Source: a virus
Lineage: Duplodnaviria; Caudoviricetes
Reading direction: 5' to 3' (one strand)
Length of the DNA stretch: 36,523 nt
IMG/VR virus record: IMGVR_UViG_3300008255_000074
Span: 1-36,523 of that record
The notes beneath the pieces were generated by a model. It searched no databases. It saw only the letters and a list, made by a program, of their open reading frames with translations, and was not told where the DNA came from. Every line of letters begins with the position of its first letter. The first letter of the stretch is position 1. Shown here in pieces: positions 27,138-34,857 of this stretch. The position numbers were made by a program, and so were the translations under genes.

Positions 27138-27376
27138 AAACCCCTACAGAATTTTACGAAGAATATAGATTTAATGAGCTTCACAAAGAAATAGAAACGC
27201 TTAAAAAGATTATTGAGCAACAAAACGTGATAATTGATAGGCTTACTGCCGATACATGGCGATTGAAACTGCTTAATGATGATTTAAAAATGGATATCTA
27301 TGAATTAAAACTAGATATAGGAAGCTTAAAGCCACGAAAAGTTTCTTTTTTGAGAATGATAGGAGTAAAAAAATGA
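27134..27376 (+). CDS. Hypothetical coiled-coil protein
   Basis: AAGGA RBS, ATGA coupling, heptad pattern. Confidence 0.7.
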   Translation: MKTPTEFYEEYRFNELHKEIETLKKIIEQQNVIIDRLTADTWRLKLLNDDLKMDIYELKLDIGSLKPRKVSFLRMIGVKK

Positions 27377-27600
27377 CCCCAATTAAAGCTCACGCATACC
27401 GTTGCCCTATGTCTAGATGCGTTTTCCTAAAGCTAATATTAAACGATAATGTTTTTGATATTACTTTGCCTGAGAGTTTTACTTCATTTAGGGATTATAC
27501 AGGCGAAATAGACACCCTAGAATTATTTAAATTCATTCGTGGGAATATGGATTTAAGAACTATTAATCAGTTTAAGCAAATAGAGGAAGACAAAGAATGA
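27373..27600 (+). CDS. Hypothetical protein
   Basis: AGGAG RBS, ATGA coupling. Confidence 0.7.
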   Translation: MTPIKAHAYRCPMSRCVFLKLILNDNVFDITLPESFTSFRDYTGEIDTLELFKFIRGNMDLRTINQFKQIEEDKE

Positions 27601-27782
27601 AAAAATATAAAGCCCTAGTCTACAATGCTCAAGATGACGATGTATTTAACTTGCAATTTAATGCAGTGAACATTACAGAGTTGCATTATAAAATCTATAT
27701 GTTCCTGAAAGACCAGTACCCACCTACTTCAATTGAGAGTTACAGAATAAGTATAGTAAATGAAGAGGAAAACAAAGAATGA
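27597..27782 (+). CDS. Hypothetical protein
   Basis: GAGG RBS, ATGA coupling. Confidence 0.7.
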   Translation: MKKYKALVYNAQDDDVFNLQFNAVNITELHYKIYMFLKDQYPPTSIESYRISIVNEEENKE

Positions 27783-28006
27783 AAGACACAAACGAATTTA
27801 AATATACTTTAAGTGTACTAGATATGTTAGTTGAAATTTCACCTATATTTCGTGCTTATGACAAAAAATTATCACCTGAACTAATGACTGATACGGATGG
27901 ACAAGGATTAAAAGAAATCTTAGAGCTTCTCGAAAGATTTTCTGCAATCTTAGGTAAAAAATATATTAAATATTTGGAATATAAGTTAGAGGAAAATCAC
28001 AAATGA
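27779..28006 (+). CDS. Hypothetical protein
   Basis: GAGG RBS, ATGA coupling. Confidence 0.7.
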   Translation: MKDTNEFKYTLSVLDMLVEISPIFRAYDKKLSPELMTDTDGQGLKEILELLERFSAILGKKYIKYLEYKLEENHK

Positions 28007-28194
28007 AACCCACCGACAAAGGATTGCAGTTGGTTCAAACCATAAGCAGGCAATTTAACCTGTCTGAATTTCAAGCAATAAACATAACGTACGGTTTCAC
28101 TGTCACACCTGAATATTTCCTTCAATGGGAAGATGAAAGCAATATAATTGAAAATGTTGAATATGAGGTAATAGAAGAAAACAATGACAGATAA
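28003..28194 (+). CDS. Hypothetical protein
   Basis: GAGG RBS, ATGA coupling. Confidence 0.7.
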   Translation: MKPTDKGLQLVQTISRQFNLSEFQAINITYGFTVTPEYFLQWEDESNIIENVEYEVIEENNDR

Positions 28195-28507
28195 ATACAA
28201 ATATTATGGCAGTCTCATCGGCGATGAATACGTCCACGAGCGTTCTTTATATGAAGATTTAGCAATAATCAAAAAGGAAACCGAGGAAGTAATTAATCGT
28301 TTAAAAGAGGATTGCTTAACAGATTTAAAAGCATCTCAATATTTAAATATTGTATGGCAAATAACAGATTTATTTCAAGTTATGATTTTCCCAGATTATC
28401 AAATGTCGGAATTTAGGGCTATGGAATTACTAGAAAAAATAAATAGTACTTATTCTGTTGATGAAATTAGGGATTTTTTAAATAATTTAGAGGAAACTAA
28501 AAAATGA
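28184..28507 (+). CDS. Hypothetical protein
   Basis: Overlapping start within the operon. Confidence 0.7.
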   Translation: MTDKYKYYGSLIGDEYVHERSLYEDLAIIKKETEEVINRLKEDCLTDLKASQYLNIVWQITDLFQVMIFPDYQMSEFRAMELLEKINSTYSVDEIRDFLNNLEETKK

Positions 28508-28815
28508 AAGTAGGCGACAAAGTAAAAGTAAAAGATTATAGCGGGATTTTTGAAATTATATATATTTATACACGCTCTCTTAAACCTTTTTATGCGTTAG
28601 CTACAGAAAAAGGAAGTTTTTTAATGGAAACTTTTAAAACAGAGGATGACTTAACGCTATATCCACATGAGCAGCAAATTCACTCCAAAGTAACGGAGCT
28701 ACACACTCACTACATGGGTAGAGATATAATGATTGCTTTAACTAAAATGCTACTGCAACGAGTACCAGCCGATGAGGTATTAGATATGTTAACCAATATT
28801 GATGAGTATATGTAA
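28504..28815 (+). CDS. Hypothetical protein with SH3-like N-terminus (MKVGDKVKV)
   Basis: GAGG RBS, ATGA coupling. Confidence 0.7.
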   Translation: MKVGDKVKVKDYSGIFEIIYIYTRSLKPFYALATEKGSFLMETFKTEDDLTLYPHEQQIHSKVTELHTHYMGRDIMIALTKMLLQRVPADEVLDMLTNIDEYM

Positions 28816-28961
28816 TGAATGAACTAACTGCACTACTAGAAGCAATAAATAAAAATCTAGAAGAAACCAAAGCAAGATTAGACCACATCGAAAAAGTTTT
28901 AGAGGTGGTTTTGTCACGCACATGGACTATTACGCCACCTCCTAGACCTAGGGGGTTATGA
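28815..28961 (+). CDS. 48-aa coiled-coil peptide (MNELTALLEAINK...), not in the ORF track
   Basis: TAATG start overlap and ATGA end overlap fill the gap exactly. Confidence 0.65.
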   Translation: MNELTALLEAINKNLEETKARLDHIEKVLEVVLSRTWTITPPPRPRGL

Positions 28962-29215
28962 TGAAAAAAGGAACTAAAGTGTACTTTATAGACGAATGTG
29001 TCGAAAATACAATTAAAATTCGACAAGAAACTATTGATGAGATGATATATTTAACACCTACGGAGGAGCGAAATGGCGAATATGTGTGGTCAATTCAAAA
29101 AAGCTCATCATATTTTCCTGTTGGATATCTCTATAGAGCAACTGACTTTTACGAAATAGATGAACTTTTAGAAGAAATGGAATATAGATTTAGTCAAAAA
29201 AGGGGGGTTAAATGA
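28958..29215 (+). CDS. Hypothetical protein, SH3-like (MKKGTKVYF)
   Basis: AGGGGG RBS, ATGA coupling. Confidence 0.7.
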   Translation: MMKKGTKVYFIDECVENTIKIRQETIDEMIYLTPTEERNGEYVWSIQKSSSYFPVGYLYRATDFYEIDELLEEMEYRFSQKRGVK

Positions 29216-29379
29216 AAATAGGCGACAACACCCCCATAGGCATAATTTGGGAAATAGAAAACGAATACTATTTCATTGAAGGCTATCCGCTAGGCTTTAC
29301 GTTAGATGAACTAGAAGAGCTTGGCACTGAATTTGAGAATGTATATTTTAAAAACGCTTGGGATATGTATAAGAATTAA
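29212..29379 (+). CDS. 55-aa acidic protein (MKIGDNTPIG...), not in the ORF track
   Basis: AGGGGG RBS, ATGA coupling, stop TAA 29377-29379. Confidence 0.65.
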   Translation: MKIGDNTPIGIIWEIENEYYFIEGYPLGFTLDELEELGTEFENVYFKNAWDMYKN

Positions 29380-29439
29380 CCTTGTCGGAAATCCCGGCAA
29401 CTTGATGCTATAATAATCAGGTTAATTTGAGGATAATTT

Positions 29440-29907
29440 ATGCAACCTGATAAACATTTAGTACAAGCTGGGGCGATACTAGGCATGGATAGCCTAACCC
29501 TTTTTAATTTAGATAATCCATTTATGTTAACTTTGCGTTCAGCACAGTTTTTATTACATACCTACATTGCGTATAGCGTTGGCTGTGGCACATCTGAAAT
29601 GGTAGATGATGATGAAAATTGCCACTTAATGAAACAGCGTTTCATAATAGCTTTACATATGATTCTAGGCTCAATGGTTCTAGCTACTACGGTTATGCTT
29701 GCAATTACAATGAATGTTGATGAAATCAATAATTGCAATACACATGAAACCGAACATAAATCTTTATGTTCAGAAATAGATATATTATCTAGAATCCATT
29801 TCGGAATGATAGCTGCTGCTGGGGCAGTTGGATTAATCCAAGGTATAAAACGAAATATTTTAGATAACAATAGCAATCGTGAAGCGACATCACCAAGAGT
29901 AACTTAA
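29440..29907 (+). CDS. Moron-like membrane protein (2-3 transmembrane segments)
   Basis: Own extended -10 (TGcTATAAT 29406-29414), GAGGA RBS, hairpins on both sides. Confidence 0.7.
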   Translation: MQPDKHLVQAGAILGMDSLTLFNLDNPFMLTLRSAQFLLHTYIAYSVGCGTSEMVDDDENCHLMKQRFIIALHMILGSMVLATTVMLAITMNVDEINNCNTHETEHKSLCSEIDILSRIHFGMIAAAGAVGLIQGIKRNILDNNSNREATSPRVT

Positions 29908-30043
29908 AAGTGGTTAATTCGCCACCTTTGCCGTTTAGACTTATAAGGATTACGTGTACCACAATTTTTACATTTAGTGCCAAGGCTCACTAATGAGCCG
30001 TCGCACCCCCTGCACCAGATTTTAACTCTTTTCTTGTTGGGTT

Positions 30044-31075
30044 TCATGTTCTGTCTTTCCAATAAACTTTATCAAACCATGTTGGTAAGTCTAACTTAAT
30101 TGTATCTTTAGGCATTAAATCAAGCCTAATATTGTTATCAATTTCATTAAAATAACGACTGTAAGCAACTAAGCTTGCATTTGAATTCATATTTGCGTCT
30201 CTTTCTTCAATAATTTCTGGAAGAGGTGGTAAGCTTTCTTTGATTTTTTGTTGTTTAAGCACGATTTCAAGCTCATCTTCCGCTAACTTATTTGTGTTCC
30301 ACGCTCTCCAAAACTCAAGATTATCTTTATAACGCCAAATTTCCTTTTCTTTTAATTCTTCGCTTGATAATTTAACCCAGCTACGTTCATACTCTAACTG
30401 ATTGCGTTCCTGTTCTTGAAATACTTTACTAGTTTTATTGATTCCGCCCTTGTTAGAACCGCTCGATTGGTGCTCATTCGTTTTTTTTGGCTTATAAAAC
30501 TCCATAAATTTTATAAAACTATGATAAGCAATTTTATATCCTTTATCATCTGCTAATTTTAACCAGTCATCGAATAAGTCATTATACTCACACTCTAAAT
30601 CTCTTTCTTTAAGTAGAGTATCTAAATAATAATTAATACATCTTTTATCGCAAAAGACTTCTTTTTGTGTGTAATTTAAGTTTTCTGGAATACGCTCTAA
30701 AATCAATTCTATGGCATTTTGATTCTTACCGTAAGCGTTTCCTTGGGTTTGGTTAAAATCTTCCCTGTATTGAATATTTTCAGCCTTTTTTTGGACTTTT
30801 AATTGCACTGTTGGTTGTTTGGTTATAAATTCCAAGAAATCAGCTTCACGAGGTAGGTGAGTTGCAAATTTCTTAAGTGCAATTTGAAACCACTCGCTCC
30901 AAATTTCACGATAAGTTTTTATTGGGCGTTCATCTAAGATTCGAAGATATTTTCTTATACACATTTGTGATGTAAATATTGCTGTGTAACCTGTTGGAAG
31001 TCCTTGAGGAACGTTTTGTTTAATCTTTTCGATTAGAGAATTAAGTCTGTCTTCAAATGTTTTTTGGTTAGTCAT
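30044..31075 (-). CDS. Uncharacterised replication-associated protein with an internal ~55-aa duplication
   Basis: Starts 1 nt after the initiator stop; no recognisable NTPase motif. Confidence 0.65.
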   Translation of the reverse strand: MTNQKTFEDRLNSLIEKIKQNVPQGLPTGYTAIFTSQMCIRKYLRILDERPIKTYREIWSEWFQIALKKFATHLPREADFLEFITKQPTVQLKVQKKAENIQYREDFNQTQGNAYGKNQNAIELILERIPENLNYTQKEVFCDKRCINYYLDTLLKERDLECEYNDLFDDWLKLADDKGYKIAYHSFIKFMEFYKPKKTNEHQSSGSNKGGINKTSKVFQEQERNQLEYERSWVKLSSEELKEKEIWRYKDNLEFWRAWNTNKLAEDELEIVLKQQKIKESLPPLPEIIEERDANMNSNASLVAYSRYFNEIDNNIRLDLMPKDTIKLDLPTWFDKVYWKDRT

Positions 31076-31076
31076 G

Positions 31077-31811
31077 TCAATTTCCTTTTGGGTGAGTGGT
31101 AAAGTATTCTTCGATTTCTTGAAAAAGTTCTGCTACGTCTTGAGGTGGTTCGAGGTTGGCTTCTGGTATAGGGGTTGAGCAGAATTCCTCTTGATATTTT
31201 TTTTCAAAAAATTGTTGTTCTGTTTCAGGGGTGGTCGAAGACTCACCCCCTGCAAGCAGAGACTTGAGGGTTTTAATATGCTCATTTCCGACGGTAGAAC
31301 GGTCATCAGAATTGACCGTATATCCGTCTATAAGAGGGTTATTAACAACAACATATTCATTATTATTATTCCTATTATTATTCAGTGTACCGAAATTGGG
31401 ATCCTTTGCAGTACCGTTTTTGGGATCCTTACTAGTACCGAAATTGGGATCCTTTGGTTTTGCAAGCGTACCGTTTTTGGGCTGGTTTCGTTTTGGTATA
31501 ATCTGGTTACCTGAATTATCTATTATGTTGATAAATTTCGATGTAAGTTGGAATACTGGTATTTGAGTTGTTCGTCCAGTCTTGAGGCCTGTATCTTTGA
31601 TGAAATTTTTAACTAAAAGTTTTTTTCTAGAGCTCAAAATTGTTTTTCGGTTAAGGCGAGTTTCAGATACTAGTCGACTAAGCGAAGAATAGGTTAGATT
31701 GTCATTGTTGGGATTGGCTCTTCTAGCCATAGCGATTAATAGTAAAACCTCAGAGCTTGAGAGGTCATCGGATTGTAAGTCCAATATTTTGGTGATGTCT
31801 TTATAGCTCAC
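31077..31811 (-). CDS. Phage replication initiator (N-terminal winged HTH, lambda O-like organisation)
   Basis: LSSSEVLLLIAMARRAN...YSSLSRLVSETRLNRKTI HTH; internal iterons; downstream of cro; AGGAG RBS with GTG start. Confidence 0.82.
   Translation of the reverse strand: MSYKDITKILDLQSDDLSSSEVLLLIAMARRANPNNDNLTYSSLSRLVSETRLNRKTILSSRKKLLVKNFIKDTGLKTGRTTQIPVFQLTSKFINIIDNSGNQIIPKRNQPKNGTLAKPKDPNFGTSKDPKNGTAKDPNFGTLNNNRNNNNEYVVVNNPLIDGYTVNSDDRSTVGNEHIKTLKSLLAGGESSTTPETEQQFFEKKYQEEFCSTPIPEANLEPPQDVAELFQEIEEYFTTHPKGN
31387..31481. repeat. Iterons: four 24-bp-type repeats GTACCG(AAA/TTT)TTGGGATCCTT, putative origin
   Basis: Copies at 31387, 31411, 31435 and 31468 (partial), next to AT-rich 31340-31382. 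Confidence 0.8.
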
Positions 31812-31842
31812 AAAATACTCCTAAAAATATTACAGAAATTAA

Positions 31843-31982
31843 TTGACACGAGAGATCACATGTAATAACTTTAGAAGCCTTCAGGTTGTTGTGCAGATTC
31901 TTCATGAATCTTAATTTGAAGTGAGCTTCTTAAATATTACAAGTAAGCGATATATTTTAAACTGGGTAGGGATACCCTTTTT
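31843..31982 (+). ncRNA. Putative antisense small RNA (promoter, hairpin, intrinsic terminator) opposite the initiator leader
   Basis: TTGACA 31843-17 bp-TAACTT 31866; terminator GGGTA-GGGA-TACCC-TTTTT 31964-31982. Confidence 0.55.
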
Positions 31983-32087
31983 AAATTAAGTTTGATAGGT
32001 CATTGAAAACTCTCCTTTTTAAAATAATTCCCTAATAGTACTAGATTCAGAATTTAGATCAATAGCCAATGTCTTACACCGCAACCA

Positions 32088-32117
32088 TTTAAAGGTCACG
32101 GATTCGACACCTTTAAA
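32088..32117 (-). terminator. Hairpin directly after the cro-like gene
   Basis: TTTAAAGGT/ACCTTTAAA 9-bp stem. Confidence 0.5.
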
Positions 32118-32118
32118 A

Positions 32119-32343
32119 TTATTTACAACGCTCACGCCTAGCCTTTTGAACTGATACATATTCAGTAGAATGTCGCCACTTAGCTTTTAATTTTCGTTTA
32201 CTGGCTTTCTCTAAATCTATCTGTCTTTCATAAGGTATAGCATTCTTTTTTTCCCAATAATACCAATTGGGGCGAGCTATCCCAATTGAACGCATAACCG
32301 CAGCAGGTGTGCCAAAATATCTAATTACTTCTGATAATGTCAT
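32119..32343 (-). CDS. Cro-like HTH transcriptional regulator
   Basis: VIRYFGTPAAVMRSIGI...W...IPYERQIDLEKASKRKLKA pattern of the P22/N15 Cro family; upstream of the initiator. Confidence 0.82.
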   Translation of the reverse strand: MTLSEVIRYFGTPAAVMRSIGIARPNWYYWEKKNAIPYERQIDLEKASKRKLKAKWRHSTEYVSVQKARRERCK

Positions 32344-32371
32344 TTTCTTTACTCCAAATTTATTTACGTTT

Positions 32372-32414
32372 ATTGTATGATTTTTGTTTACACTTGTACA
32401 GATTTTGTTATAAT
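32372..32414. promoter_or_regulatory. Overlapping divergent promoters (cro/rep leftward, recombination block rightward)
   Basis: Plus: TTTACA 32387-16 bp-TATAAT 32409 with TG extension; minus: TGTACA-17 bp-TACAAT (32400->32372). Confidence 0.6.
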
Positions 32415-32467
32415 AACATTACGCTTACTCAGCGTAGATTAATAAATAATAAATGAGGAAAAATAAA

Positions 32468-32887
32468 ATGAACATCACTGATAAAATCTTAAAGCTTCAA
32501 CAATATGATAAAGAAATTAGCGTATTGGCTAAAGAGATTGAAGCCCTGCAAGAACCAAGAATGGAATTAATACAAGAACTAATAGCTGATTTAAACCATG
32601 ACCATAATGGTGAAAAAACTCACGAAGTAGAAGAGTTTAAGCTTACAATTAAAACTCCTATTAATTATTCATTAAATACAAAAGCCTTTGAGAAGATTAA
32701 AGATAAAGTTCCAGAAGAATATAATCCAGTATCTGAATCTATTAAATACACCGTAAGCAAAACTAAGTTTGAGTATTTTTTAGAGAACGCACCAAAAAGG
32801 GTTAAGAATTTATTCTTTAATGATAAAGTTAAAATCATAGTTGGTAAACCAGGCAAGCAAGACATTAAAATAGGATATGTAAAATAA
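32468..32887 (+). CDS. Hypothetical protein of the recombination module (N-terminal coiled coil)
   Basis: GAGGA RBS before ATG 32468; coupled to the ATPase gene. Confidence 0.65.
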   Translation: MNITDKILKLQQYDKEISVLAKEIEALQEPRMELIQELIADLNHDHNGEKTHEVEEFKLTIKTPINYSLNTKAFEKIKDKVPEEYNPVSESIKYTVSKTKFEYFLENAPKRVKNLFFNDKVKIIVGKPGKQDIKIGYVK

Positions 32888-33609
32888 TGGCACAATCAAT
32901 ATTAATAATTGGGGCAAGTGGAACAGGTAAGTCCACTTCCCTTAGAAATTTAGATCCTAAAAGCACATTTATAATTAATGTGCTTGGAAAGCCTTTGCCG
33001 TTTCGTGGGTTTTTTAAACAATACACGTTAGCTAGTAAAGAAAACCCTAAAGGTAATTATTTTGTTACTGATAATTATTTAGAAATGATTAAGGTAATTG
33101 AAAGAGTAAATACTAATCGTCCTGACATTAAAACTTTAATAGTTGATGACGTACAATATGTATTACTTAATTCTTATATGAGAAAATGCAAAGAGCCATT
33201 AAAGCCCAAAGAAAGTGGCTTTCAAAAATATTCAGACTTAGCAACTGAATATTGGCTTCTTATGACCGCTTTAACTAGCTGTAGAAATGATTTGCTTACT
33301 ATTGCGTTATCTCATAATGAAGTAGATATGCAAGGAAAATCAATAATTAAAAGTGTAGGTAAATTACTTTCAGAGAAAATATCTATTGAAGGTATGTTTA
33401 CAACTGTGCTTCAAACGGCACTTGTTGAAGGTAAATATTTATTTCAAACTCAAGGTGATGAAGGTACTATTGCTAAAAGTCCAATGGATATGTTTGAAAA
33501 TAAATATATTGAAAATGATTTATCGTATGTAATAAATAAAGTAAAGGAATACAACGATGTTTATGACGAAGCGTCAAGCCCAGAATCTAGCGAAATTAAA
33601 GAGACTTAA
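32887..33609 (+). CDS. AAA_24 / Sak4-like ATPase (putative single-strand annealing recombinase)
   Basis: ILIIGASGTGKSTS Walker A, LIVDD Walker B, AKSPMDMF; next to SSB. Confidence 0.85.
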   Translation: MAQSILIIGASGTGKSTSLRNLDPKSTFIINVLGKPLPFRGFFKQYTLASKENPKGNYFVTDNYLEMIKVIERVNTNRPDIKTLIVDDVQYVLLNSYMRKCKEPLKPKESGFQKYSDLATEYWLLMTALTSCRNDLLTIALSHNEVDMQGKSIIKSVGKLLSEKISIEGMFTTVLQTALVEGKYLFQTQGDEGTIAKSPMDMFENKYIENDLSYVINKVKEYNDVYDEASSPESSEIKET

Positions 33610-33748
33610 TTGTTTAATGAATGAGTTATTAGATTGTGTGGAAACAGGAAATGAATTTTTGCAAAAAGATGTAGAAAAAGCATTAGATTTGTTAGAAGAG
33701 TATTTAAATAATGATTGGAAAAATAAATTAACAGGAGATAGCTTATGA
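33557..33748 (+). CDS. Hypothetical protein
   Basis: AAGGA RBS, ATGA coupling to the SSB gene. Confidence 0.6.
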   Translation: MFMTKRQAQNLAKLKRLNCLMNELLDCVETGNEFLQKDVEKALDLLEEYLNNDWKNKLTGDSL

Positions 33749-34293
33749 GTTTTTGGAATAGTAATTTAGGTGAAGTGACTACTGATGAAGCAAGTGCGTT
33801 TGCTCAACAGTTCCAGAATATACCTAATAATAGTTATTTAGGTGCTAAGGTTTATGAGTTTGAAGAAAAGAATCATGAAGGCAATAGGTATTTAGAGCTA
33901 ACATGGCAAATATGCGGTACTGAATATGATGGACAATTAGTTCGTCAAAAAATTAAATGCTATGACTATGATGATAAGGTTCGTCATAGATCACTTTGTA
34001 TGTTCAAAAGACTTCATGAGTTAATGGGATATCAGATTGCTGACAGACAGCCAACACCTATGGATTTGCAAAGATTTAAGACACGTAAAGCAGGTATTAA
34101 GGTGCAAGAAACTGACCCAATGCCTGAAAGTGGCAAACAATATAACTGGGTTTCTGAGGTGCATGACCCTAAAGGCTTTCAAGTTAAAATAGGCGAATCT
34201 AAACCTGTTCCAGCAGAAAAAACAGTTTCTGTTCAACCAAAGACTAGTTATTTAGGGGTAAGCGACCCAGAAATGGACGATGTTCCTTTTTAG
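33745..34293 (+). CDS. Single-stranded DNA-binding protein (DUF669-like)
   Basis: Acidic DDVPF C-terminal tail; follows the Sak4-like ATPase. Confidence 0.75.
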   Translation: MSFWNSNLGEVTTDEASAFAQQFQNIPNNSYLGAKVYEFEEKNHEGNRYLELTWQICGTEYDGQLVRQKIKCYDYDDKVRHRSLCMFKRLHELMGYQIADRQPTPMDLQRFKTRKAGIKVQETDPMPESGKQYNWVSEVHDPKGFQVKIGESKPVPAEKTVSVQPKTSYLGVSDPEMDDVPF

Positions 34294-34304
34294 AGGTGAG
34301 TTAA

Positions 34305-34541
34305 GTGGAAGAAAGAATATTAGATATGACTAAACTATTTCATGAAGTTCATGAAGTAGTAAAAGAAAAAGATGCGATGGATATTTTTTTTGTTTTCGAT
34401 GAGATTACTAGGGGGCTGTTAGTTAACAGCTCTCTATCTTCAAAAGAAATTAAAGAGCATTTAGATTGGCGTACTAGCGGTATATTGAAAGCTATTAAAG
34501 AATGGAGGGAAAAAGATGGAAATAACTCACCAATTTCATAA
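34305..34541 (+). CDS. Hypothetical protein
   Basis: GAGGTG RBS, GTG start. Confidence 0.7.
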   Translation: MEERILDMTKLFHEVHEVVKEKDAMDIFFVFDEITRGLLVNSSLSSKEIKEHLDWRTSGILKAIKEWREKDGNNSPIS

Positions 34542-34857
34542 TGAGAAAAAACCTATTGTTATAAAGGGAGCTCCCATTTATGAAGAAAATGACGAAGATT
34601 CGTGTTGTAGCGACATTTATCGTATTAGGTTAGAAGCGTTTCGAACTAGAGACATCAATATGGCTGAAAAATTAAAGCGTGACTTTAAAGATTCATATTT
34701 AACTATTAGCCCTGTTTGTGCTGTAGATGCTAATATTCATGTGCAAGATTATATAGCTGACAGCATTAGTTTAGACTCTATAATTACGCTTAGAGATGAG
34801 TTAAACGGTATTATTGAATTATATAGAAAGGAAAATGAATACAATGAAAATGAATAA
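34516..34857 (+). CDS. Hypothetical protein
   Basis: GGAGGG RBS. Confidence 0.7.
   Translation: MEITHQFHNEKKPIVIKGAPIYEENDEDSCCSDIYRIRLEAFRTRDINMAEKLKRDFKDSYLTISPVCAVDANIHVQDYIADSISLDSIITLRDELNGIIELYRKENEYNENE

Noticed and set aside
24318-29983. Minus-strand ORFs across the early array (24318, 25424, 25441, 26706, 27997, 28742, 29562, 29789)
   Set aside because: Antisense shadows of coupled plus-strand genes.
31387-31481. Mini CRISPR array
   Set aside because: The repeats are contiguous, lack spacers and lie in frame within the initiator gene, so they are iterons.
32088-32117. tRNA fragment or attP (GGATTCGAC resembles a T-loop)
   Set aside because: No cloverleaf or acceptor stem and no integrase; it is a simple hairpin after cro.
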